NCBI GenBank assembly: GCA_030141605.1
Contig: JAQGDQ010000225.1
Location: 1-64,000, forward strand
Source of the DNA: Tubiluchus corallicola
Lineage: Eukaryota; Animalia; Priapulida
Reading direction: 5' to 3'
DNA: 64,000 nt
Shown: positions 39,901-54,900 of the stretch, one piece after another
Position numbering within the stretch: position 1 is the stretch's first letter
Layout of the letters: the number at the start of each line of letters is the position of its first letter
Program-made: the position numbers and the translations under genes
The notes under the pieces: model-generated
What the model was told of the DNA's origin: nothing
Seen by the model: the letters and a program-made list of their open reading frames with translations, nothing else
The model's database searches: none

Positions 39901-42900
39901 TTATCGCCTTGTTATATTTTGCAACAGTGAGAGAGAGAATATGTCACGTTTGGCGGCGGGTCTTGACAACTATCGCTGCACAATTCCCGCTTTGCATAAT
40001 GCGAAAGCAGTGGCTGAATATGTCAACTGGCATCTTAGGATTAACCAATGTGAATCTTCTGCAGCCTTAGTTGACCCGGAAAGGTGAATGTATTATTGAA
40101 TTGTTATGACTTGCACAAACATACAGTCATAACTTATTCTGCAATTAACATTTAATTCATTAATACAAACTGCTAACTCATTTAATACTGGCATTTCTTC
40201 TTTAAACGTAAGATAGTTTAGTTAAGAAAATGTTTTTAACTTCCATGCCCTCTTTAGGTGCACATAAAATTTCTTATGTTTCAGTTTATTTATGTTTTTA
40301 TGGACATCCCTGTCAGTGATTCCTTTTGTATTGTATTTTTAAAAATATTTTTGTTCTGTTCCTTTGAGTAAATTCTATGTTTGAATTAGGATAATGTGTG
40401 ACATTTGTGACATTAAGCTTATTATGTAGACTGTAACAATGACTGCAAATGTTTCTCTTCAAATGCTATGCTAAATGCAGACTATATGCACCTACAGAGA
40501 TATAACTGAGAAGGTGACTGTTATTTTTTTTTTGAAAAGTAGCATAAAATGTTTGTATCTCCACCAGGAGCTGTTTCATTTATTAAGAAATTATGTTATT
40601 ATTGAATGAAGTATGATAGCATTTACCTCATTAATAACTTTTCATTACAGATGCTGTGTTCGTGTAGTGTACTCTGCCAGGTCTGGCATGGGGAAAACTT
40701 TGTATATCAAAAGACTGCAGGAAAAGTTTCAGTCTAGATACTCAACAACGTGCGAAATTGTGAAAATCCCACTGCAAGTAAGATCTACAGATTAATTTAA
40801 GTTCCTTATACTAAAATTCCACCATACTCCATTTGTCTTGAAGACTTGTACAGATGTTTGTAATTTATGTAAGTCAGGTTTACCCATTAATGCATAAATG
40901 TATCCATAATTATTGTTTTTGTACATATATATAGGTACTTACCAACCCACTGCTTATTTAAGAAGGTTAGTAATTTTTCTAATTATTCTTTCAAAGAAGT
41001 TCTCAGAATTGCCTGACTTTCCTGCACTTCTTGTAGTTATTAAATTCTTTTTTATGAAGGAAAAGAAGATTTCTGTAGCAGAAATAGTGTCTTTATTGGA
41101 GCAGCGTTTTCCAATCTGTGGGAAGCCTATGCCAAAGATATTTCATTTTGATTTAACAACGCAGGTAAGCTCATTTAATTTTTCTAATTGCCATATAATG
41201 TCGAATTATCATATTGATTTGACAGTTAACATTTTATTAAAACACTAACAGACAATACATATAAAAAGCACAAAAGTATGTTTTAAAAGCGTAATATTTC
41301 AACTTGCGATAATTTAAAATTTGGTTACAAAGCAGTAATTGTCACATTTGATTATAAAACAGTAAATTGTCTTATTTGGTTGTAAAGTACTAATTTGTGA
41401 CATTGGTTATAAAGCAGTAATTTATGACATTGGTTATAAAGCAGTAATTTGTGACATTGGTTATAAGTAATTTGTGACATTGGTTATAAAGCAGTAATTT
41501 GTGACATTGGTTATAAAGCAGTAATTTGTGACATTGGTTATAAAGCAGTAATTTGTGACATTTGGTTGTAAAGCAGTAATTTGTCACATCAGTTATAAAG
41601 CAGTAATTTGTCACATCAGTTATAAAGCAGTAATATATGACATTTGGTTATAAAGCAGTAATTTGTGGCATTGGTTATAAAGCAGTATATGTGACATTGG
41701 TTATAAAGCAGTGATTTGTGACGTTTGGTTGTAAAGCAGTAATTTGTGACATTTGGTTATAAAGCAGTAATTTGTGACATTTGGTTATAAAGCAGTAATT
41801 TGTGACATTTGGTTGTAAAGCAGTAATTTGTCACATCAGTTATAAAGCAGTAATATATGACATTTGGTTATAAAGCAGTAATTTGTGGCATTGGTTATAA
41901 AGCAGTATATATGACATTGGTTATAAAGCAGTGATTTGTGACGTTTGGTTGTAAAGCAGCAATTTGTCACATTTGGTTGTATAGCTGTAAATTGTCACAT
42001 TTGGTTATGTAGAGCTAATTTGTGACATTGAACAATGAAAAGAGAACTAAATTCGATCACAAACCACAGCTAAATGCTGTCAAATAAAGATACTTGATTA
42101 TAAATGTGAAGAGACTGGTTTAAATACCTGAAGCCATTTGTCAAGATAGATGCTGAGCTCAATTGGAAAATATTTTTCTTTTTGTGATAGGTTTTTACCA
42201 CAAAACAAGATCTTAATCTGTCGTTGTGGTCACATTTCATGTGCATTTTATAGGTTCGACCAGCAGCAGTGTTACCAAAAGCTGTACCTATTGTTTTTTT
42301 CCAAGCACATGAAACTATCAGAGAAAGACAGTGCCAAACTTCCTGCCTTGCATTTTACATTAGAAAACAACATTTGTGTTCAAAGTGTGGCACTAATTTG
42401 AGCAGCCCTCACTGCGGCTGTAAAAATTCATTAATAGTTATGTTGTTGACAATAACTGCCCATTATAACTTTAGTACAGCAGGCTGCTAATTATTTATTT
42501 ATTAATAGGTTCAAGAAAACATCGATTCTGTGTTGTTTAACCTTCTCATACTTGGCAGTCTTTCAAGTGTTAGTGGTGAAGTCTGGCGTAGAATGTCGGC
42601 ACATTTGTACATAATTGAAACTTGCCATGATCCTGGTCAGGTAGTTTTTTACAATAATTTTAATTATTATTACTGTAGTTCATTACAATCCTACAGAAGA
42701 GTAATGTAGTAATAACTGGTGGTTTGATGCATTTCAATATAATTGACGTCAAGTGTATTGGTCATCGCTCTGCCCATGCTGTAACGTAAGCACGCTCAGC
42801 AGCTTTCTGGACAACAATTATCTAAACTACATAGCATGACAGTCACAATTAATGTCCAATCAGCAGATAAACTGATTGCACGTTTTCATAAACATAAACT

Positions 42901-45900
42901 TGCAGAGTAGCAGCTATTTTTACATAAAATTAACACTTCAAGTAGCCAAAAAAATGACTTTTAAATTTAAAAAGAATGTAGAGACAAAGTTTCAAAGCAC
43001 TACAAAATGTAGAGACAAGTATGGCAACAAAATATATTTACGAAAGTCTCTTTTGCCCTTGAATATACGAACAACTCATACCTGCGATGTATTTTTTCTA
43101 ATTTTAACCAAACCTGTTGGTGTTCGCAAGCTTTTATCTACTTTTTTGCATTTTATCAACTGTTTGTTAGACTACAGAAATGGAATAAATTTGATTGTTC
43201 TCTTCCGTAGACGATCTTGCCTAAGTTATTACATCATGAGTGCCAATGGCATCTTTTAATTATGATTATAGCCAGGAAAATAGCATAAAATTGACTATTT
43301 CAGGAAACAAATTTTACGTTGATACATTTCATAAATGTTGGCCACATTTGAATTAATTTGGACCGGGAAAGTCTTATTGAGGTTTATTAAAACTGACCAG
43401 AAAACAAAACATTTTGCTTGAATCTGAATGCCTATGAGTGTGCTCACTTACCACATAATCCTGACAGTTGTCATGTATTCCCGTAGATGAGTTCAACTCT
43501 GCCACTGGGCTTCAACTATTGCTAACTGGCCATCACTACAATCTGCACAAACCTACTTAGAAGTACTCTTGCTGTAATTTTTACATGCATGTTAACCTTG
43601 AATCATTTATACCTGCTACCTCAGGCTGCAATGTGAATTTCATTGTCACCTCTGTTCAAGCCGACAATACATAGTTAAAGCTCCTGTCCCGAAAGACGAA
43701 GTAATGAACCGGTTCTGTGGGTGTGTGAAAAATAGGCACATTGATTGGACAGTCGGAAGAGCTTGACTGAGAATGATTAACATTTTATTTGACGTCAATT
43801 GTGTTATTGTATAATTTGCGTAAAATACATTTAAGAACCCGTGATCGTGTTTGAATTGGATAATTGACTAATTCAATTTCTATTTTAGGGCGCATTAAGG
43901 TTTTTACCTTTGATGAAGTGCCTCACACCAAATAAAGTGTATGAAGCACTACGTGATCCCGCTGTGCCTTTGAGTAAGTATTTTTTGGCTTTACATATAA
44001 AACGTAGTTCAGCAGAACAAATTAGTTTAATTTGGTATAATACTGATGTAGAATATATTATGCTAGTGTAGACCTATTAAGTGCAAACATTGAACCATAA
44101 CTATACATAATATATCGATAATTATAAATGGCGAAAAAAAGAGATTATAGATATTATCAATAATGATAATTATTTTATGGCAGAATTAAAAAAGAATTAT
44201 CATTATCAGCTTGTATAGTCATTCTTCACTGTAGGCCTAATAGCACTAGCCGATTACATTGCACCTCAGTTTTGTGCCACAAGGCCTTGTATTGTGCCAA
44301 ATTAAGCAGCCTCAACCTTTACATAGCTGTACATGCTACAGTTAGCCTAGAGGACACTTTTCCTGAGACTCTGGAATGCATAAGCATCTGGAAATGAGCA
44401 TACATGTACAGTGTTAGCCCAGGGTAGCAATGGCAAAGTTAACAAGCATAGTCATTAGTTGTTATTAGTAGAAGAAACAACTGTTATTAAAACCTTTGAA
44501 ATCTAAATTACTAAAAACATGCCAAACATTTTGACTGCAGAGGCTAGCAGTCATCTTCGATGCACAGTGAAAATAGCACAATAAAAATGAAGCAGGAAAA
44601 AAATGACACAAATGGAAAAGTAGGTAAAAATGGGACATGTTATTTTGTTGCATTCGATTTCTATAATAAAACTAAAATGCATTCAGTAGGAAGCAGACAT
44701 TTCCTCTGAAGCTGAATAATTTTAAATTTATTCGTATGATTTATTTTATTAAAAGAAACATGAAACGAATGTAACAACAAAACGTACAAAAATGTACCTG
44801 TATATGTATTATATAGACTAGCAGAAGATTCACAGAATATTTTGCTCATTAAATGGACTTATTGTCAATAATGCATGAATATTCCACATAGTGTTTATCT
44901 ACCTTTTAACCACTAATTTTAACGATGGTAATATACTGACAGGTATCTACGTATCTGCATACCAAGTCAGCTTTTAGGACTATATGCTCATTAATAAGCA
45001 AAGGGTATATAGACAGCGTTACACTGTTTTACAAGCGAGAATTTCTCTAAATGAAAACTCGAAGTAACTCGTGGTTATTTATTCAGGTGAGGATAATAAT
45101 GAAGAAGTACTAAACACTCCACAAAGTAGTGTTTTTGATGACAGCATTTATACAAGTGAGCCTGTACAGAGAGCATCATACTATTTGAAGTGCTTTGCAG
45201 CTAATGTGCACATTGATTCATATGTAAAAGAAATAGAAACGAATGCTACTGATTGCCTTCAGCTGCTGCTTGAACATTGTGGGATACATAATCCATCTTG
45301 GGCTGAAATTATGAACTTTGCTAACTTTCTGAATGTTCAGCTGCTTGCTTGCGAGCAAAGTAACTTTTGTTCTGTAGCTGCAAGTCAAGATCTTCCAGGG
45401 TTCCACACTTTTGTTGTTAAGTTCATGTTACAGATGTCAAGAGATTTTGCTATGCGTTCCCTGAAAATCTCTGAAGACGATAAGCCTGCGACACAAGTGA
45501 ACTTACTTGAGGACAGTTTGGAAAACCTACATCTGAAACGTCATTGGGAAAACAGTCCACACGCTTATTTATTTTTCAATCCTGACTGCCACAGTTTCAC
45601 GTTTCTTGGGTTTCGTGTAGACAAAAAAACGGGCAACCTGATTGATAGTCACACTCATGAAGTATTAGAGAAAGCGTGTGTACCTCCGATGTTGCAAAGG
45701 GCGCTGCATGTAAATAAAGTCAACTTGACTGAAGATTTTGACACTCTGTCAAGAGCAGATAAGTTAATAAAATTATGTCAAGTACTTGGCATAACAAACA
45801 TTGTAGATCCAGACCCATGTTATGAATTAACAACAGACAATGTGAAGAAAATAATGGCTATACATATGCGCTTTCGCTGCGACATACCTGTTGTCATTAT

Positions 45901-48900
45901 GGGAGAAACTGGCTGTGGAAAGACAAGATTAATTAAATTCATGTGTGATTTGCAACTGCCACAGGGACACTGTGACATTCAAAATATGATACTAGTTAAA
46001 GTTCATGGTGGAGTCACAATTGACAACATTCAAAGCAAAGTTAGGCAAGCATTGGATATTTCTAAAAAGAACTTATTAGAACATAACATCAACACCTTCT
46101 TGTTTTTTGATGAAGCCAACACTACGGATGCTATTGAAGCAATTAAGGAGGTAATGTGTGACAGGACGCTTGGCGGTAAGGTTATTGCGGAACATGCGGG
46201 ACTTAAAATTATCGCTTCTTGTAACCCATATCGCAAACATACTGATGGTATGATTGAAGCTTTGGAACAGGCAGGATTGGGTTACCATGTCCGAGCAAAT
46301 GAAACTCGTGAAAGACTTGGACATATACCACTCCGGCATCTAGTTTACAGAGTTCATCCTTTATCTCCTAGTCTTTTACCATTAGTCTGGGATTTTGGAC
46401 AGCTCAATGTAAATACCGAGGGGCTATACATTCGTCAAATGGTTAGTCAGTTTTCGCACAAGAATGGTTTGAACATGGACTGTGGTGGAACTGATGTGAT
46501 ATGTAACATTCTCAGCGTTTCTCAAGAATTTATGAGACAGCAAAAAGACGAATGCAGCTTTGTGAGCTTACGTGATGTACAGCGTACTCTTTCTGTGATG
46601 ATGTGGTTTTACAACAAGAGGGACATTTTGTTTCCTGCAATTGATGAAAAGGAGCAACACTTAAATGGAACAGTTGCTGAAAATTCTGAGAGATTGATAA
46701 AGCCTTTGACTAGAGCCTTCGTTCTTGCACTTGGTGTGTGCTATCGTGCATCGCTTCTTCAGAAACGGGAAGACTATACAAAGACCATTGCCAAGCACTT
46801 CCAGCCGCCACTAATCTTGCCTCTTGGTAAAGATAGTATTAAAACTCAAATAAGTCTTTGCCAGGATGTATTCATGGACAATGTACCTATTGACAATAAC
46901 ATTGCCAGAAACAAGGCCCTGAAAGAGAATGTGTTTATGATGGTTGTCTGCATAGAACTGCGCATTCCATTGTTTCTTGTTGGTAAGCCAGGAAGCTCAA
47001 AATCTCTTGCTAAAACCATTGTATCAGAAGCATTGCAGGGAGATGCTGCACATCACCCACTTTTCAAACATTTTAAGCAAGTGCACATGGTAAGCTTCCA
47101 GTGCAGTCCATTGGCAACCCCGGACAGCATATTGAGCACTTTTAGGCAGTGCATAAGCTTCCAGAAAGATAAGGATCTGGAAAAATTTGTAGCATGTGTA
47201 ATTCTAGATGAAGTAGGCTTGGCAGAAGACTCGCCTAAGATGCCGTTGAAGACACTGCATCCATTACTAGAGGATGGCTGCATTGATGATGAGCAGTATG
47301 CTCCAGAAAAAAAAGTTGCCTTCATAGGCATTTCGAATTGGGCACTTGACCCGGCTAAAACCAATAGAGGTATTTTGGTTAGAAGACAGATACCTGATGT
47401 CCGTGAACTTGTTGAAACGGCCAAAGGAATATGCCAAACAAGTGAGCATATACATCTTATCCTGAATGCAGTAATGCCTCCATTAGCTGAGGCATATTAT
47501 GAAATTTCCATGGACAAGTTTTTAACACGCAAAGAGTTTTTTGGTTTACGAGATTTCTACAGTCTCATTAAAATGGTCAGTAACATTGTGTCAAACAAAA
47601 ACAGTGACCCGGCTTGGAGTGAACTTTTCCGTGCAATAGTTAGGAACTTTGGTGGAATTGAAGACATCAGCTGCGATGGCAGAATTCTGCAAGTGTTTAA
47701 AAAGCATTGCGTTCACCGTAGTAGTGAACTAAACACTGTTGATCTTAATGCCAATGTTCTGGACGTTATTGCAGAATGTTACAAAGAAAGTGCGAGCCGG
47801 TACTTGCTGCTATTAACAGAAAATTTTGCTGCTCTAGACATTGTGCAAATACAAATTCCAGAGCTTCAGCAAGCAGTTGTTATATTTGGAAGTAGTTTTC
47901 CTAATGACCAGGAATACACCCAAGTATGCAGAAATATAAACAAAATAAAAGTCTGCATGGAAACTGGAAAGACAGTAGTACTTTTAAATTTAGATAATTT
48001 ATACGAAAGTTTGTATGATGCTTTAAATCAGTACTACGTTTACTTTGGCGGAGATCGCTTTGTAGATTTGGGTCTGGGAACACACAGAGTTAAATGCAGA
48101 GTTCATAAAGAATTCCGTCTGCTTGTTATTGCCGAAAAGAATTTGGTGTATCAAAAGTTTCCAATTCCTTTGATAAATCGCCTAGAGAAACACCTGCTTA
48201 CAATGACATCTGTGCTCAGTAGCAAAGAAAAACACTTTGTGGAAACTGTCGACAACTGGATGAAAGCATTCTCAGATCGTGGGTAAGAAGATACATGATT
48301 TACCCTCAATTGCTAATGTAATCAAGTATTTTTGTAACAGTGTATTTTCTTTGTTTTCTAATATAAGGAAAACATTATTAGGCAGCTATTACAAACAGTT
48401 CTTTTTCACTCTGCGAAATGTACTTAATGCTTAACCGATGCATTAAAATGCTAAACAGATGTACTTAAGAAAGACATGTTTCCTATTTTAGAGCAAAGAA
48501 CTATGATGAACCAAAAGCCGAAGATGTGTTTATTGGCATTACATCTGATACTGTTGCTGCAATTGTGCTACAAGAAAGCAGGAGAAACCAGAGCTCTCTG
48601 GATGAAGATGTATGTGTTTGCACTATGAAAGTACTAATGAGCAGTTTTGAAAAGTGATTTCCATGCAACAAGAGATATAATTCTCTCTGCTTAACAAAAT
48701 CTCGTCTCTGCTTTAGTGGTTTAATTAACTAATAATTCATTAATAAATCGCAGCAGTTCTTTCTTCACTCTAATATTAAGAAATTTTTGTTGTAGATTGT
48801 CAATCGATGTCAATCTCGTTTGCTGCAAATGGTGACACCAGATGCCATGATGAGGCTTACAACTTCACAACTGGCAGAAGAGGGCGATAAACTGATACAG

Positions 48901-51900
48901 GAATACTTTTCTCAACAACATCATGACAGCTTATATCAAGTTCTTGATCATGAGCTACAAAATGCCACTGACAAATATGAACTTCGATTGCAGGTCTCTG
49001 TTTCATTTTCTTTTTCAGAGTAAATGACAAAACTCTCCTTGTATTTGTGGCTGTGCTAATGTCTTCTTACTTTTTATAGGTCACAACCTTTGCAAAACTT
49101 TTATCACATGGAGACCAAAAGGAATTGGCTCGTCTATTGAAACTTCATCCTGGAAATCTTTCACTATTGACTTTACAAACGTTTGGCACTGAGCAACAGT
49201 TTTGCAACAAGCTTAAGTATGTTGAGTATTTTAGAACTGATAAATGAATGAACATGTTTTCATTTTGACAAATGTTTTTTTACAGTGTTTTTATATGTGT
49301 TTGGTTAAAATTCCAGTGAATTTAAAATCACTGCATGGTTTACAATATTTTGGTACACAAATGTGAAAGCTAAAGCTTGGAATTAGTGGACAATTAGTTT
49401 CCTCTACCATTCATTCTAACAAATGATAATTAGCTGCTGTCGTTTATTGTTTGTTATAAATAGAGCTTCAGTCAAGATTGCTGTCCTGTTATGTCTGGCT
49501 TATCATTCTGGTCAGCGTGCAGCGAAAATAATTTAATTTTGCAGGGACATCTTTCGTAAGAATGGCGAAAAGCTGTTGATTGTTCAAAGTGACTGCACAG
49601 CCACTGTGTCAAGTTTGTTGGCTTGTGCAAAACATTGCATTCTGGAGCAGTACAGGTCTTACAGGGAAGAAGAAGACATCACTCACATATGCCATATGGT
49701 GTTTGTTGTGCAAGTTTCTCATTTAGGATGCAGCACATCTAAATTTGTTAGCTTTCAGGTAAAGTGACTTGGTGTTAGTTTTGGTCGGTTAAGAAGGTAT
49801 CTGATTCGAATAACTTAACACAAGATTTTATGTCAGTCAACCAAATTAAATGCATAATTGCGCGTCTAAATAGCAAGCAGCAAGACATTGTGATGTGACT
49901 TCACTCTGTAAATAGTAATGTTACTTGTGTTCATACACAGACAAGGGTTGTTTGTGTATGTATGTATATATATATCACATTTTATACATACTGGTAACTA
50001 GACATACCGGCACACAACAAAACCACCCAGGCATGCACACACACGCATATGCATGCAGCCATATGCCACGCAGGTACCACTGTGTGTTATTAACGCTTTT
50101 GGAGCAATTCACATCTCTCTAAATTGTTAATTTTGTTTTTGCTGAGATGGGCATGCATGCAAAAATGCTGCCTAATAGGTCATAATGCATCGAAAAAACT
50201 GTCTTTTCAGTTATTTGATTTGTCAACTTATTTTCAGTTAATTGCTATATGCTACTTTGCTGACATTAACTACAAAGCAGTCAATAAATGTTAAGAATTA
50301 GGTATGCAAATTTTGTGAAAAGTGCATCATTATTTTTCTTTATGTAAACTATTTTATTTTTCATAGGATGGCAACTGGAAATGTGTTCATGTTGATGTTT
50401 TGAGACACCAGTACATTCCTTTGCCTCCCGTTCCACAGTTAGGAAGAATATTGGTGTCTAACTTGGTTAGTGGTGATGCAGGGAATGAAGATTTTGGTTA
50501 CAGTTTGGTTCAGTGTTCAGTACATCGAGCTGCTTCTTTGCTTCGAGACACAAACAGCAAGACTGATCGTTCAACAAAACGTCTTGACTGCCTTTTAAAA
50601 CTTATGCCAGTTAATGAGCCTCCCACTATATTCTTGAAGATTTTGCATAAGCATGTAGTGGCATTGCTTCGTATTAAAGAAGAGCATTTAACTGGTCTTG
50701 ATCTAGCTCGACAATGGTTGACCAGAGAAGCTGCCAAATTCGAAAATATAATTGACTGTGGCACATTTACCTCTGCTATTTTGCATTATTTACAAAGGAA
50801 ATTGGTGCCTTTGTTAGCCTTTATTCTAGCAAAGGTTGACATTGCCAGCAACTTGAATTTTTTGGTCGATTCTCCGCATGATCATTGGACAGTTGAAATG
50901 ACACTGAAGATGTTTGCCAACGAGTCTGTCTTTAAATGGAATGTAAGCAAAACACTGCAAATTTTTTGTATTTCAAACCGTCTCACATCTTTTTTATCAC
51001 GTAAATTTCATTTTCTAAAAATGGACTTTTTCTGTTGAATTCCAAATGTACTCTGGTTATTAGCAAATTTCTTTGTTGACACCTTTTACTATTATTTTTA
51101 GCCAGAAGAATTACATGAATTGGAAGAATCCGGTTCTTACATGGTTACTCCATTGACAGATAACTGTCCATGTTATGAATGCCATTTGCCATTTTCTTGG
51201 TTATTGTACGAACAGTTAAAAGCCATCTGTTCTAAGAAAGAGCATACTTGTAAGTATATTACAGCAATAGTTATTGTCAATAATTTTGTCAGGCTGGTGA
51301 CTGGTTTCAAAGTACATTACCCATTTTCTTTGAGTGAACACAAACTGCATGGCAACATATTGGATCGCTAGAATTTCATTTCATTTGTGACAAAGACAAA
51401 AATGTCGGTAATAATAAAATTTTCAGATGCTGATGATGATACTTTGCTTGAAACAATGGTTAATCTAGCAGCAACAACTCCTGTTGTTCAGCTTATCTTA
51501 GGTGCATGCACTCATAGTTCTGGAGAGTTTATCAATGGGTATCTGCAAGACTTTGCTCGCATCGTTCATGATTCTTCTGATGAAAATGAGTTAAAGGCAA
51601 GTTGCACTTTCTCATATTCTTTTGACATTAAACTATTTTTAAACTTTTTGTTTTGCACCTTATGTATCATGTTGATTTTTATAAGTGTAACAGAGAGTAG
51701 CCATTAGTGTTTTATAAACTCCTAAAATCACATTTTGTTTAAACTTGAATTTATAATGGCTTGAGTTTTAGTAAAATGAATTTAAGACCACAATTAGTTT
51801 ACACCTTATGTATCATGTTGATTTTTATAAGTATAAAACGTGGTAGCCATTAGTGTTTTATAAACTCATAAATATCACGTTTTGTTTAAAAGTGAATGTA

Positions 51901-54900
51901 TTATGGCTTGAGTTTCAGTAAAATGAATTTAAGACCACAATTATTATACTTATTTCAGTTTTTTCTTACAGTTGGTGATTCGATGTCTTGAAGCCTCGCT
52001 AGATACTTCAAATTCTTTAATAGAAAATCTACTGCTAATTCACATTAATCACAGTGATAAGTTTGCTTGTTTCAATGTGCTGCGACAGTTATCAAACACC
52101 TGGCCTAACTGCGTCACTACTGTAGAGGAAGCAATAAAGAATGATGATGAATTAGCAGACGTGACAATCAATGTTATAGCATGCCGCGAGGCTCTGAAAT
52201 ATCTGGCGCCAGAGAAATCTGATTTCACCAGCGAAGAATCTCGATCAGCTTGGCTAGACAAGGTGCAACACTTCGGCCATGTGATGGAATATGCCTTGCT
52301 GTTTCTTTCAAATGCCAGACGTCTTTCAGATGATCAATCAGCAATTGTTGAAAGTTGCAAAAGCATGTGGCATCGTCTCATTGCAATGAAGCTTTTTCTT
52401 GAGCATGTTGCCGACACGGCCGCCAGAATGACAGGTGCTGACTTATTTACAGCCATGTGGTACTCACTGGGGGAAAAACCAGACTTTAGGACATTGAAAA
52501 CAATGGATAAGTTAAAGAGATTCATGGAAGCTTTCACAAAAAAGGTAGCCCAGCAGCTATTTGGTGCAAACCAGACGTGTCCCGCTTGTGGGCTAATAAG
52601 CGAGGAACCTGTAAAGCTCCCTTGCAAGCATCACTGTTGTCGTAATTGTGCAGACGATTTGATCAAAGACGAAAATGGCACCTGTCCTGAGTGTCAGCAC
52701 TTGATTCCATCAGACTATGAAGCTGAAGTTCTTTGTGAAGAAAGTGTGAATGAGTTCAAGGTTTACCGTAATGGTAGCAATGCTTTCTTTATGGATATAG
52801 TGTCAAGACTTTGCTTTTCAGACAGTACACCACCTGAAATGGAAGTTATACAGCTGCTGTTAGACTTGCTGATTACAAGCAAAGCAGGTTCTAATACAAC
52901 TCAGCAGTTGTCAATCCTTACCAATGATACTAGCTGCATAGATCCCACACCGGTTATAAGATCATTTCTTTTACAGCAACTTTTACAATTTCGTCTTGAT
53001 TTTGTGACTGGTTATTTAAAAAAATATTTTGAGCAAGCTGACACCTTTACAACAAGTTGTGAAGACAAGGAGCAGTTGGCATTACTTGTGGTGCAATGTA
53101 TGGAAGATGCTCTTTACAGAGAGGTTGACCAATCTGGTAAAAAATACCAGTTACCTGTTGATGTTTTACAAGCAGTAGAACACTTTATGCAAACCGACGG
53201 TGTTATCGAAAGCTTGTACAGTATAGCTGCTACTCGAATTGTCTTAGAATTTGCATGTGATGCAGTATACAACATCTGCCATAAAAAGCAAAATGTGTCT
53301 GTCAAAGCATTGAATGTTGCAGCAGCTTTGTTTAGTGACTCTATAAGAAGAAAGTGGCCTAAAGAATATTTGAGAAAATTTCTTGTGAGGCGCTATGGCT
53401 TAGAAATGTTGAAATTAACTTGTCAAAATCCAAAGTTGCAGTGGATATTCAATAAAGATGAAATACGAAAAGAAAAAACAGATCATTTCGTAATTTTGCA
53501 ACAAGAGTACAGCCTCCTTAGGGAACATGTAAACACTGCCATTTTGCAAGAAAATTCACAGCAGCAGCTAGTTGCATTTATTGACAGCAATGCAACTCTT
53601 GCCAGCTATTTACTTCCTCTAGCTCTGTACAGTTTGAATAGAATGTCGTCACTGACAGAAAAAGGACGCGAACTCTTGGAAGAACTCGTAAAAGAATGCA
53701 GTATTCCACATAAGGAACTTGCTGTCAAAATTTTGCATAATAATTTTGCTACATTTTGTAATGCATTGCAACCACAGCAACAAGGAACTTCACAAGATGA
53801 TAGTTTAAGAGCTTTGGCTGTTCATGCTGTCATTGTTTTCCAACATTGTCAACCAAATATGATTTTGCAACCTTTGCTTGATCTGTACCAAAAGCCAAGT
53901 GCAACTCTGTATATCCCAACAATGCCGCAAGATGACTTTCTGGAAATCAAAAGTGCCATGAGATCACAAACTGAAAATAATGTATTTTATCAGTGCAGAA
54001 ATGGCCATCCATATGTAATAGGTAACTGTGGAAGACCCACCATGACTAATAAGTGTAAGGAATGCGGAGAAATCATTGGTGGCAGACTCCACAAAGCAGA
54101 ACCTGGTAATGTCCTTATAACCCGAGAAGAAGACGAAACAATGACTGGGCACATTTTGGGGCAGCCATCAATGCGAAGCTTTGTTGCGCTTCCCGAGCGT
54201 TTACAATCCTCTACCTGCAACGCAATATTGAGAACAATTACACACATTACTTTACTGATAGCTGCCCGTGAACGGAACAGAGATGTTCAGCAGTTGATCA
54301 GTCCTGAAATCGATCAGCAAGATGTAGGAAAATTCTTTTGGGATCACATATGTGTGGATATTGAAATACTTAGACAAGCTTTGCAAATCAGTTCTGATGA
54401 CGTTTTTATATTATTGCATCTGATCTTCCATAGTCTGCTCAATAGCACTGATGCAATGCCAGCAAACTACAAGAATTATTCATTGACATCAAAGCAAGGT
54501 CGCCAAGATTGGGAAGTGGAATTTACCAGACTTTACATTGATCCATTGTTACAGAACCTTGAGGAGAGGCTTAGACAAGCGAATCATAAAATCGTGAATG
54601 ATGATCAATTGAGTTCAAGTAAATTATTGCATGCAATCTACGAAATTGATGAAGCCGCACACGAGGAATCAAACCTGTCTTATCATGAAATTCCTGCAAT
54701 GTGGCGTTATCGGCAACGTGTTAATGTTGATCATATGGTGCTTGCATTTGAGCGAGATGCCAAGACACGTGAACATAATCCAGTTTTACATCTGCTCATC
54801 CAGAAGTTTGAAGTTTTCCAACACTTGCATCATCTGCCGAGTATATTGGAAATCCAGAAGTTACTAATATCAAGATGCAACAGGTTTGTATGAAAAAAAT

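Noticed and set aside
41321-42030. CRISPR-like appearance of the repeat array and the 74-aa repeat ORF
   Set aside because: Units are head-to-tail with no unique spacers, there are no cas genes, and the context is a eukaryotic intron
45218-54247. Short antisense ORFs within the giant exons
   Set aside because: Shadow ORFs on the opposite strand of coding sequence, with no recognisable motifs
45071-54893. The 1071-aa and 973-aa ORFs as separate genes (ATPase and RING protein)
   Set aside because: Both are bounded by splice sites and join in phase through exons 38-44 into one RNF213 chain
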